Shown here: piece by piece, positions 39,601-51,481 of the stretch
How positions within the stretch are numbered: the first letter of the stretch is position 1
Layout of the letters: each line of letters begins with the position of its first letter
Source: Octopus bimaculoides
Taxonomy: Eukaryota
Assembly: GCF_001194135.2 (NCBI RefSeq)
Contig: NC_068992.1
Location: 50,331,933 to 50,386,229, forward strand
Length of the DNA stretch: 54,297 nt
Direction of reading: 5' to 3'
The notes under the pieces: generated by a model
Databases searched by the model: none
What the model saw: only the letters and a program-made list of their open reading frames with translations
What the model was told of the DNA's origin: nothing
Position numbers and translations under genes: made by a program

Positions 39601-40327
39601 TTTCTCAATCTTTCTGTCTGTTAGCCTCACCTTCTGGAAGAAATCGGTTGTGGCAGAACCTGGAAGGGATGAGCGCCACTGGATCTAAAAAATGCCAAAG
39701 GCGTCTCGTATAACGTGATGGCGTCCCTACGATGACATCGAAATTTCAAGACCCAAGACAAAGCAAAGCAATGTGTGTATGTGTGTGTATCATTGCTGAT
39801 TGCAATGTTCACCTTATTCGTTCAGCTGTGTTTGCACTCACATATTTGTGTGAGTGGTTCTTGAATGTATCTATGAATGATTGTATGGTTGCTTGTGTGT
39901 GTGTGTGTGTGTGTATGTGTGTGTGTGTGTGTGTGTGTTTGCGTGTATGTGTGTACATGCACATATATCTACCTGTTTATGTATGTGTGTGTGTCTGTGT
40001 GTGTGTCTGTGTGCAGTCCTGGACAATGAATTTAGACACAAGATATTTGCTCAGACGTTTATGTGCCGGCATTTATGTGGTTGGATACATGTATATATGT
40101 ATTTGTGTGTGCATGTGAGTGTGTGTGTGAGTGTGTGTGTGTGTGTGTATGTGGTGTGTGCGTGTTAGCCCACATGTGTGTGTGCATGCATGTATGCATA
40201 TATGTGTTCCTATGTATATGGGCGTGCAACAGTGGATAATAAAATTGAACACAAGGCATATTCGTTTAGATATTCGTGTCTTGCACCTTTGTGTTTATAA
40301 GTATGGATGTGTTTACTCACATATATA

Positions 40328-40330
<3 letters not shown>

Positions 40331-40398
<68 letters not shown>
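40331..40398. repeat. (GT)n microsatellite within a long GT-rich tract (about 39840-40410)
   Basis: Seen directly in the sequence. Confidence 0.95.
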
Positions 40399-40404
<6 letters not shown>

Positions 40405-40814
40405 TTGTGTGTGTATGAATCAACCTGGATGATGAGCTGTGCAGGGCACATAGTTGCTCACATTTTTATTGTTGTCTTGTGTAATGTATAATTAATGAAA
40501 CCAGCAATAGCTATTTCCATTTAATTAACTAATTAATTACTTAATTATCCTCTGGTTTCATTTGCCTGCTACGTTCACAGTTTTATTGAGTATCCATATG
40601 CAAACATATTAAACAACGCAACGATTGTCTTTGACATAAACCACACAACAGAAAGTTTGATGTAAACAACCAAGGAATTAATTCAGAATAACTAACACGC
40701 TTTCAGACTTTTACAAAGAGAATTCAGTTTCTGTTAATCTAAGATTTTGTTTTAATAAACTGACAGTAATCACTTCTAGTAACTATCAAGCAAATTACGA
40801 AAATTTCAAAGGAA

Positions 40815-40920
40815 CTCATCCCGCCGAGGACGACTTTTTCGTTTATCCTCCAGGGATTGATAAAATAAAAGCCCTATCAAGAATAAGAGTCGATATAATC
40901 CATTATAGTCAGTCATACTC
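40815..40920 (+). mobile_element. SINE family D fragment
   Basis: ATCCCGCCGAGGACGACTTTTTCGTTTATCCTCCAGGGATTGATAAAATAAA. Confidence 0.5.
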
Positions 40921-43900
40921 TATATCTGAGACCTTGTGGCTATGCTAAAAAGTAACAGACGGTGGACTGGCAACATCGTGGAAGGTTCGGTGGATTGAGA
41001 GAATCCTCTGAGCTTTGGAAAGAATGCCTCATGTTATTTGTTTTGGATCTTTATGCTCTGTGTACCGGAATACGTATGTTCGTATTTATGTATGTGTCTA
41101 TAAATGCATGTACCAATGTATGCGTTCGTGTATGCTTGTGTATTTGTGGTCTGCAGTAGTTCTCTGTATTTCAGAGGCAAGTTCATTGTTATGGCGGAAA
41201 TAAGAGTAATAAGAAAAGAGTACATTAATATTTGAAGTACTACGTAAATGAACGTAATGTGGATGCCAATGTCAAAATGGTGAGATATCGAACAAGGTAC
41301 AGTTCAGGAACACAGTAAAGATCTTATACATAACCACAACTCATTTGTAAAATTAGCCTAATCTGTCCAAATCGTTTTCTCACCTTTACTTCAGGTAGTA
41401 TTAGCAAATTTGGTGCATCGCTTAGGAATGTAAAAGTTTATAAGCATGATCTGTAATCAACCCTGGTGTTCATATTACAGATAACATAATGCTACATTAT
41501 CCCCACTGATACATGCACACGCACTCGCATTCAAGCATGCAATGACACACTCAGACACATGCGCAGTAGCCCACGCGTTCGCATACATACCCATGCGGAT
41601 CAACTCTCGAACAGACATGTAATTCATTCATATGAGATCTCTCAATCACATACACACATGTGCATTCTAGTGCACAAACAATTTCTAATGAATGACCCCA
41701 ATTTAGACCCTGGAGAGATTAGAGTATAGGATTTGAAAACGGACGGAGATAAAATATAATGAATTTTCGTTTTCTTTGCAAAGTTTAGCGAACCTCGATG
41801 AGTCGTGCTCTCACTAAATTTCAATTTTAATTTGGATAAGAGGCAAAACATAATAATGCTTCAGTTTTGCAAATAGTTAATGCCTTATCTTAATTTATAC
41901 TTGTCCTTTTATCTCTTACAAACGGTTTTGTGGTTGTACATACATTACAACCGTTTCGACAGTGTATGTGAATGTGAGTGTGAGAGTGAATATGCCTGTT
42001 TGTTAGTTTAGGAAACAGTCAATGTTAATTAATTTTGCTTTATACAAAACATCAAGGATTTTCAGACAAAATCTCATTAGCATGGTGAGAGATTGAGAAG
42101 AACAAATAAACAGCTTCAAGCGAATGTTTCTATTTTTTTAATATAAACTCTCTGCCTATTCATAACTTAGATTTATTCATCAAAGAAGAAACACCACTAG
42201 AGAGCCAGAGGCAATGATAAAAAAAAGAAAATCCTTTAGTAGCTGTGTTTTATGCTTTCATAGCTTCCTCGCTCTATCGCGTGTTTTCATGTGTTGCTTA
42301 GACACTAAAATAGATAATTAAAATAATGAATACGACTACCATTCCTTTTTTCTTTAAGTTAGTCCTGAGAGGAAGACAGGACAGTACGCCATGAACTATT
42401 CACCTCCCATCCACACAGGTGAGATTTTTGTCACTGATACCCAACCGGAAACTATGCAGATCAATGACTTATGAAAACATATCTGTACTGAACAAGATTG
42501 TTGTCAGGCTAAGGGAGGAGTAGTGGGAAAAGTGAAGTAAGGTGAGATTAGGCCAGGTTTGAATGCTTGCAATAGACTGAATTTCGTTATAGACATCCAA
42601 AGATCAGCTATATCTCTACTGAGACACTTCCGAAAAAAAGAAAACCGTTGGAAAACAGTTTATAGCAGAGACTCCATCTAGAATATCTGAAGAAGGAATT
42701 GTAATTCTGAAATATCATCGGACTATAGATAACCAAATTACAACAGGTACATAGTCCATGTTTTGTATTTTAGTGCATTGTTGTACCATCCTAAACTTTT
42801 AATCTTTACAAACAAAAGTATGCAAAAAAGAAATGAGAAAGAAAAATAACGCCTTGGTAAACAGAGGAGTGTCATTCTTCGCCCCTTTCTAAGACTAAGT
42901 TAACTTCACATCTATAACATGAAGTTCATTTTCGGAGACACACACTTATGCTATATTTTTATTAATACATGTAAGTCGCACGCTGGTCTAAAATGGCATT
43001 TAAATATCCATAAATCAGACAAGCAAAACAGCACCGTGACATTTGGCTACTTGAGGTGAAACATATTTGCACTGTTTGTAATAAATATCATCTATGTCAG
43101 TGATTGTGTATACCAGCGTTAAGAAATGCGTCGACTGCGTAGACATGCGTTTAGGTACGTCAACATTTTAGCACAGCTCTCCGATGAATATTAAATAGTG
43201 GTCGATAAAATAGCACCAGAACGAAACAATTGCTAAGATAGTTAAAAATCATTGAAGACCGTGCCCCAAAATAGCGGCAGTCTATTGAACCAATCCAGTA
43301 AAAAAAAAAGAAGAAAACTCACCCAGTCCTGCTTCTCTCTCTCTGTCTTTCATTCTCACACACAGACGCATGTGTGTACATACATGTCACGCACACGCGC
43401 GTTTCCGATCAATTTTACTGATTTTCCCTTTAATTTTCTCCAGTTCCAAGTTTTCGTTACATTCAGTAACAATTATTTCCCCATATTCGCTTCAAATTAC
43501 AAATATTGAAACAAAACATTATTATGGCTTTGTTTTGAGATTCCATTCTCAAAGGGGATGGTAAATAAATACGGCTGACATGGGCGTGATATGAGTGTTA
43601 CGTGAAAAGTCAATTGTACTTTTACGGAGAGTAATTTCCATTCTATTCCAAGTAAAATTATGTGGAAGATAACTGACGAAAGTAGAATGAACGGAACAAA
43701 TCGCAGCAGTAAAATACAGTTTAAAGAGACTTCAAAAATTTGGTTTCAGATCCTAAAACGTAAATATCAGTTATTTATCATTGAATGGTAAGGTATTATA
43801 TAAGTGATACCAATAACATGTAATATTAAAATAAAGATTGTAAAATTCTTGTTTCATTATGTCAAGCGGTACTAAAATAACTAAAATTGCAGTTCCACTA

Positions 43901-45395
43901 TAGTTTCAGTATACAGTCACGTGTCAAATCAATCGCTAGACAAATCCAAATCGTAGAAACAAAAAAATAGTTTTGATTTAAATAGTTCGCAATAATACTC
44001 ACTTGTCATTTGAATTGACCATCTGCATATTACCTGAGGGATGAAAAGCTAAATTTACTCTGAGATTTCAATTTAGCCTCCCCTCCTCGCTGTATTCTTT
44101 CTGTTAATCCACCGCATTTCTAGAGTTTTAAGGAGTGTAGATCCACCGCTTAGCCATTTTTGTTTCCAAGTATACTCTCATCCAGAGTGGTAGCATTTGT
44201 CAGGGTCCCCTCTATGGTTTAAATAGAATGTAACCATTCGAACCAGAGTACTTTGAAATCCTGATATGTAGCATGGCGGATGTAAACTATTTCTGGAGAT
44301 GAACTTATTGACTCAATGGCGAATATCACTTGATGTTGAGCGAATGAACAGACAACAAACTGTCAATGACCATGTTCAACTAGTTCAACTGGCGAACGAC
44401 TGCTATCATTTGTTGTCGAGGCGCACGCAGGTGAGATATTTCAGCTAGTAAAAGACCAATGTGACTAGCACCCAGATTAAAATGCCGCATCATTCATTCG
44501 GGACGTCTGGCGTGGAAGAGTTACATTGGACCGGACGGGATGATGATTAGAGAACACAGTATATAAAAATTGCTCACATTTGCAACAGACTGAAATCTAT
44601 TAAAAATCACTCTACGAGAATTGGATAATTGTGCTGACACAGAACATATTACAGGCACAGTTCTCCTTGATGACCGAGTAACTATTCCTAAGGAGTAGTT
44701 TGTACTGAAGACGTAAAAATTTAATCGCACTAACTTCTCAACATAATTGATTGTAGTAACTTCCCAACAGAATATTCTGCAGTGTATTTCGACACAAGAT
44801 CTATGAGCTGGTAGTTGTATCATTACCAAACACACAAGACAATTTCACTTGTGCATTATTTATAAATTGTGACATAGAACTTCAAAGCATACATAACATG
44901 CGGAAATGTCACTTTTTATATTATTTTCCTGTCTTGATTTTAAATCATTCAATGCTTCAGAATGATATAGCTGAGTATGAAGAGAATCTGGGAATTATCA
45001 AATGTCAAGATAAATTAATTCTTCCATAACTTTTTACATTCCAACAATGTGCTGATGTAGAATTAGATTTTCAATAAATATAATCTACTAGTTGATTCTA
45101 GTTTTCTGCTGAAGTGTTTGTACTTTCTGGATAAATTTTACTCCTGGTTGAGAGAAGTAATAACCATCAGAGATTTCTCCCTAGTCTCTTCTACCCTTCT
45201 AGCGCTCCAAAATTCCACATATTTAATAAGTGGTGATTTCTTAACATTGGAAAATGTTAAGAAACATTTTTCTCCAATAGTTCCGTTAATGTATGCATGT
45301 ATGTAGGGACGTATGTACATGTGTATGTGTGTATGTATGCATGTATTTATGTATGTATATATGTGTTCATGGATGTATTCACACGTGTATATATG

Positions 45396-45430
45396 TACGA
45401 GGGAGTACTGAAACGAAACGTTCCTGGCTT
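45396..45430 (+). mobile_element. Isolated mariner-like TIR remnant
   Basis: TACGAGGGAGTACTGAAA...GTTCCTGGCTT resembles TACGAGGG-type mariner termini; no partner is seen. Confidence 0.35.
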
Positions 45431-47341
45431 ATTCAGCTGATTAAGTCTTCACAATATTACACCAACCCGAGAAATTCAGTATACGCGAATGTCATTTATT
45501 ATCCGACGACTTCATATCCAGGTTACAATTAGTTTAAAGAATATTTCCAGTAAGAACTTAACAAGGATACGTTACCTGAATACCCCAGTTATTAATAGGG
45601 ACAATGCTTAATGCTTAATTGTAAATATTGTAGGTCTATGGAATTTCTAGTTTAATCCCTCATAAATTATCTAACCTTATGTGAACAGTGAACAATTAAA
45701 TAAATCAAACAGCTATATATACATTGGCTTCCTGATATCAGTAATAATATAGACCTGCTACTTAAGATTACTTCATACAGAATTCAACGAATATAAATAG
45801 AAAAAGAAAATACACATTAAGTCAGAAACGAGTTGTGCTTCGTATGTTTTCTGTTATCAACCTATAAACAGAAGTATTATCAGAAAAAAATAACAAAAAC
45901 ACAGAATTATGATGATTTCCTCTCCTGTTTATTAAAATAAAGCAGACTGGTCCATAAGTAGTATCATTATTAACAGACGGTAAAGGAAGAAATGAAAGTT
46001 TATATACACATACATACACACATGTATAAATATATACATACACACACACATACACACATATATACACACGCACATATACATATATATATATGTATATATA
46101 CACACATACATGTATACAAACATTCATACATGCATACATACATCCACACACACACGCTCACTCACACACACACATATATACAGGAAAGAAATGGCGGCAG
46201 CAAGTTATGTATGATATAGATTCTAAGAAATCTATTCTAGAGTTAGAAAATCCACTGTTTTGCTGATTCTTTTGTATAGAATAAAAAATGTCTATTCATA
46301 TTCTATAAATTCGCTAGATTCAATAGATTCTCTGCTAACTTTATGGTATCGTCTCTATTGCAGTGCATGGCTTCCATAACACTTGTCACTTTATCTTTGT
46401 AACGCCTGCAACCTCGGGCTTGTAACACCGGTAACTTTCCCTAAAGATATCTCTTATACGATCATTCGCTACTTGATCTGGTTAAAGCTTTCCTAAACAA
46501 GTATCACTTTGTCGTAAGTTTTTTTAGATATTCCTTAAGAAGGTGCTATATTAATCTTCTCTTTACATCTTAACAGACAATTGAATAAAGAATAGCAATG
46601 AATGTGAAACCTCGATGCCAAATTTCCGAAATGTTTTCCAATATCTCTTTCTTTGTAATCATTGACTTTTTCTATTCTTGCAAAATGGCAGAAATTTTAT
46701 CCAAGCAAATTGTGAAAAAATAAATAGGTAAATAAATGAATAAAATTCAATGACAATCCATGAAAGCTATAAAAATGCATTTTGAAGCCAGTGTGTAAAT
46801 ACGCCATAATGTCAGCCTAACCAAGAAACACGTTTAGTAATGCGGTTGCCAGATCAAACCAAGAACGTAAAATTTCTGTTTGTAAAAGATTCATTACTAT
46901 ATTAATATATTAAGAAATAGCGGTTCAGTTGAAGGTACTCTTCCTCGCGTGTCTTTATACCGAGATTATTAAACCAAGCAAGCTCAAATTGTGTAAATAT
47001 AATTCTGATAATTTAGCAAGTATGATCTTTATTCCGTTCACATCAGGTTGGGTTTGTCTCCGATTACTTTTCATTACTCCAACAATGACTCCGACCATGT
47101 ATACATACATGAATGTATACATACATGCATGTATACATACATATATGCATATATACACACATATATATATATATAAAGTAGTTGTTTACTGTCAACTTAA
47201 TGTGACAGACCCATTAAGGGAATCATACGGCTGCTATTTAGCCCTAGGAAGCTAGACCGCTTCCTGTTGGCCTTGACACATTTCCTGTGTCCTTATATTT
47301 GTAAAGGGGAGACAAGCTTCCCCGCCCAGCTTTAGTCTGCA

Positions 47342-47384
47342 TTCAGGGACATGTTTCTGAGTCATTGCTCGTCATCAGCCTGAA
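47342..47384 (-). ncRNA. Minimal type-I hammerhead ribozyme motif
   Basis: Minus strand: TTCAGG-CTGATGA-CGAGCAATGACTCA-GAAA-CAT-GTC-CCTGAA. It has a perfect 6-bp stem I, an intact core, stem II GAG/CTC closed by a C-A mismatch, and a palindromic ACATGT in place of stem III. Confidence 0.8.
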
Positions 47385-48540
47385 GTAGCCGACCAACTGG
47401 ATGAAAAAACCTGTCTAGCCTTCACAAATATATATATTTTCAGTGAAAACACATTCACTGGTTAAAAAATGTTACATTTCTATTCCCATGGCTTACAAAT
47501 ATAACTCAACATTTGGCATAATTCCTAATGATTATCTATAATGATTACTAATAGTTGTTTTAGATTTCATTAGCAGTAAGTCCAGATGCTACTATAAACC
47601 AAATGAAGGCAACAGAAATCCACTTTCTTGTATCAATCCTTTCTCAAATGAATATCTTAAATTTCTTACAACTCAGTGATATATTGAATATTCTCATAGT
47701 TCTCTTCCCAAATAAGACATTAAAAAAATAAAATAAGTAACAATTCGTTAGCATCCATCATGTACAAAGTCCAGATTGTGGAGTCACATATGACTTTTTA
47801 AAATTTCCTTCTTTCTAGTAAGACGTAGTGTAATCACATAAAGTATGCTGAAGTTGGTTTGGTTAATTTTGTCGGAGATTCAGAGGAATGACCAATATTT
47901 GACAGAGCATTTAATTTTATGTTTACTGTTGAATATAAAAACGAAACAGTGAAAGATTCTTTTTCTTGAATATTTTATAAAATTTATTCTCTGTAAAATA
48001 GAGAGTAATTTATTGACACTTATGAAGCTCAATATACAAAACATCAACATGAGCTATTATTGTCTGAATAACATAAAACGAAATTATACACATGTGACCA
48101 ATTAGTGAATAGCCATACTAAATTATGAATGATTAGAAGTCGCAATGACAGCGTAATCAAATTGTCATTTGCTCTGCCATTTCACATCATTGTGTTTTGC
48201 AAGAGATAATGGGTCCGAAGAAAGGTTTGTCATTAATTTCCTGCTGTCAACTTGATTCACTTTGCTTCTGACGTCATTATATTGTATCTATTAAATTCAA
48301 CAAAAATACACACACAAAAAACGTTTCTCTGCCTCAGTCTGCTTCTCTCTCCTCACACACTACATACGCACATACACGGATACGCATATTCTTTACCCTA
48401 TTAGTCAATTTTACATTCTCTGTAACATTCATTTTAATACTGTTGATCACGTATTAACTCAAATAAAATGAAACAAAAAATGAGCAGATGCGTATTTATA
48501 GCTCAAAATTAAGTGTAACGGAGTTATTTTGTAGTGAACC

Positions 48541-48605
48541 TCAAGCTTATTTGAACTGGTAATAACATTGCATTTATACATATCACTGCTTAGCGCTTCC
48601 ACTCC
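48541..48605. repeat. 65-bp direct repeat, copy 1
   Basis: Matches 48883-48947 with 2 substitutions. Confidence 0.95.
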
Positions 48606-48718
48606 GTAATTTACTTACGGTGTGCCGCCGCATAGAGCTATCAATCATCATACGGTGATTGAAACAGCATAAGAGAAGCAATCTCTTTGATCAATTCGCA
48701 GCGTCACCTACCTGGTGT

Positions 48719-48766
48719 CTGTGACCGAAGAGGAGACAAATACTCCGAAATGCCGGCATCTCACAG
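48719..48766 (+). ncRNA. Type-I hammerhead ribozyme motif (core variant CCGAAGA) on an extended stem I (48689-48794)
   Basis: CTGTGA-CCGAAGA-GGAG[ACAAATA]CTCC-GAAA-TGCCGGCA-TC-TCACAG: 6-bp stem I, 4-bp stem II, palindromic stem III (ATGCCGGCAT) and an AUC cleavage triplet. Confidence 0.8.
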
Positions 48767-48882
48767 TCTAGGTAGGTAGCGTTGCGAACTAATCTACGTG
48801 TATCCACACCATTTGTCTCCAGCGAGAAATTTTCTCCATGACAAAACTCAGTGAACGACTTGTTCCCCAGTTTGAACATGTT

Positions 48883-48947
48883 TCAAGCCTATTTGAACTG
48901 GTAATAACATTGCATTTATACATATCACTGATTAGCGCTTCCACTCC
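48883..48947. repeat. 65-bp direct repeat, copy 2
   Basis: Matches 48541-48605 (offset 342 bp). Confidence 0.95.
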
Positions 48948-49947
48948 ACATTTATTTTATCTCTGCTGTACGTCAAGAAATTGGTACAAATGCCTTCTTA
49001 AATTACATGTAGCAAACAAGACATTCAATTTCTCATTGTTAGAGTGATAAGGCCGTGTTTTTATACAACTACAATACAAATATCACAAGGAGCTTCGTTC
49101 GAAAAAGGACCATATTTCGGTTGTCACCATTTTTTTACACTTTGCATCCTTAATCCATATGCAATCGACGAAGTGAAATATCAGTCCAATCGGGTGGATC
49201 GACAGAATTGTTAGAGAATTGTTAGACCAAATTCTTTGCATTATTTGTTAAAAGTCTTAACGTTCTGATTGTCCAAGCAAGTGGACACAGTATTACCCGT
49301 ACTGACAAGATGACGTCTTGAAAATGAATATCCGACAGAAAGCAACGGAAACCCACCATAGTATTCTGATTCTGTCACGAAAGTTTTATCACAAGTACAT
49401 AGCACTTATTAAACGAAGTGATCGGGAGTGGAGCGAGTCATTGGTCGATCTGATGGCTTCTAACATCTACCATACGCTACCTTGTAAGAAATAGCAATAA
49501 AATCTTTCGTCATGTACAATATAATAAAAAAAAGAATGGATTCATTAAGCCTTTTAAATTTAGACAAATAACAACATCAGCATCAAAACTCATCTATAAA
49601 ACTGTTTGAAAAATAAAATTCGATTTCTAAGGTTCTGATGCCGTTAATTTGCTGTAGGTGTTGATAAGCTATCATCGCCTATTATTCTTGCTGTTTCTTG
49701 GTATTTATGTTGCTGTTGATGTAATTTTGGTGTTCTTGTTGATAATGATGTTGGTGTTCATAATGATGATGATGATGATGATATGTTTTTATAGTTTAGC
49801 CAAGATTAATTTTGAATAGATCTAAAATCTGCAGTAAGAAAGAAAAACATTAAATCTAATGTGTATTCCCTTTCCCAGACGAAGGGCATAAGATTTTGGG
49901 GAAAATTTGGTTGCTATATCTAGCAAGAGAAAACAAGATATAAACAC

Positions 49948-50247
49948 GTTGTTGTTGTTGTTGGCACTCCGTCGCTTACGACGTCGAGGGTTCCAGTTGA
50001 TCCGATCAACGGAACAGCCTGCTCGTGAAATTAACGTGCAAGTGGCTGAGCACTCCACAGACACGTGTACCCTTAACGCAGTTCTCGGGGATATTCAGCG
50101 TGACACAGTGTGACATGGATGGCCCTTTGAATTACAGGCACAACAGAAACAGGAAGTAAGAGTGAGAGAAAGTTGTGGTAGAAGAGTACAGCAGGGTTCA
50201 CCACCATCCCCTGCCGGAGCATCGTGGAGCTTTAGATGTTTTCGCTC
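49948..50247 (-). mobile_element. SINE family A; 5' head lost in the gap
   Basis: (GTT)n-GGCACTCCGTCGCTTACGACGTCGAGGGTTCCAG... is the reverse complement of the 3' part of 8070-8456. Confidence 0.92.
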
Positions 50248-51441
50248 NNNNNNNNNNNNNNNNNNNNNNNNNNNNNNNNNNNNNNNNNNNNNNNNNNNNN
50301 NNNNNNNNNNNNNNNNNNNNNNNNNNNNNNNNNNNNNNNNNNNNNNNNNNNNNNNNNNNNNNNNNNNNNNNNNNNNNNNNNNNNNNNNNNNNNNNNNNNN
50401 NNNNNNNNNNNNNNNNNNNNNNNNNNNNNNNNNNNNNNNNNNNNNNNNNNNNNNNNNNNNNNNNNNNNNNNNNNNNNNNNNNNNNNNNNNNNNNNNNNNN
50501 NNNNNNNNNNNNNNNNNNNNNNNNNNNNNNNNNNNNNNNNNNNNNNNNNNNNNNNNNNNNNNNNNNNNNNNNNNNNNNNNNNNNNNNNNNNNNNNNNNNN
50601 NNNNNNNNNNNNNNNNNNNNNNNNNNNNNNNNNNNNNNNNNNNNNNNNNNNNNNNNNNNNNNNNNNNNNNNNNNNNNNNNNNNNNNNNNNNNNNNNNNNN
50701 NNNNNNNNNNNNNNNNNNNNNNNNNNNNNNNNNNNNNNNNNNNNNNNNNNNNNNNNNNNNNNNNNNNNNNNNNNNNNNNNNNNNNNNNNNNNNNNNNNNN
50801 NNNNNNNNNNNNNNNNNNNNNNNNNNNNNNNNNNNNNNNNNNNNNNNNNNNNNNNNNNNNNNNNNNNNNNNNNNNNNNNNNNNNNNNNNNNNNNNNNNNN
50901 NNNNNNNNNNNNNNNNNNNNNNNNNNNNNNNNNNNNNNNNNNNNNNNNNNNNNNNNNNNATATATATATATATATATATTTGTGTGTATGTGCGTGTGCA
51001 TACAAATAGATATATACATATAAACACACATACGACAACTCATCCATGAATTCACACACACCACCTGTGTAAATGCATGTATATAAATCTTAGGCGTATC
51101 AGGTATGTTTGTTATAGTTTATACACTAATATATATATGGACACATACTCATATAGAAGTGCTCCTTCTCTTCGTCTCTCTCTCTCTCACATATATACGA
51201 GTTGATACATATCGTGTGATTATGTCTCTCTTCTTTCATCTCTCTCGCACACACACAAACACACATATACATATATATATATATATGTATATGTTTCTGT
51301 GTGTGTATACATACATATATCTGAATATACACAGATATACACACATCCAGCGACGAAACTATATATACACATATATATAAAACGTGTGAATATATATATA
51401 CATGCATATATATATATAGACATACACGCCCACACACACAG

Positions 51442-51481
<40 letters not shown>

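Noticed and set aside
42680-42730. CTGAAGA...GAAA hammerhead-like spacing
   Set aside because: Stem II is weak and no stem I or stem III pairing follows a cleavage triplet.
44275-44700. GC-balanced stretch with a CAG|gtgaga donor and a weak gypsy-like VLLDDRVTIP peptide
   Set aside because: Neither an exon nor an LTR-element assignment is supported by further motifs.
47379-47420. Plus-strand CTGAAGTA-GCC...GGAT-GAAA...GTC overlapping the minus-strand hammerhead
   Set aside because: The core is non-canonical, stem II is broken and there is no complementary stem I.
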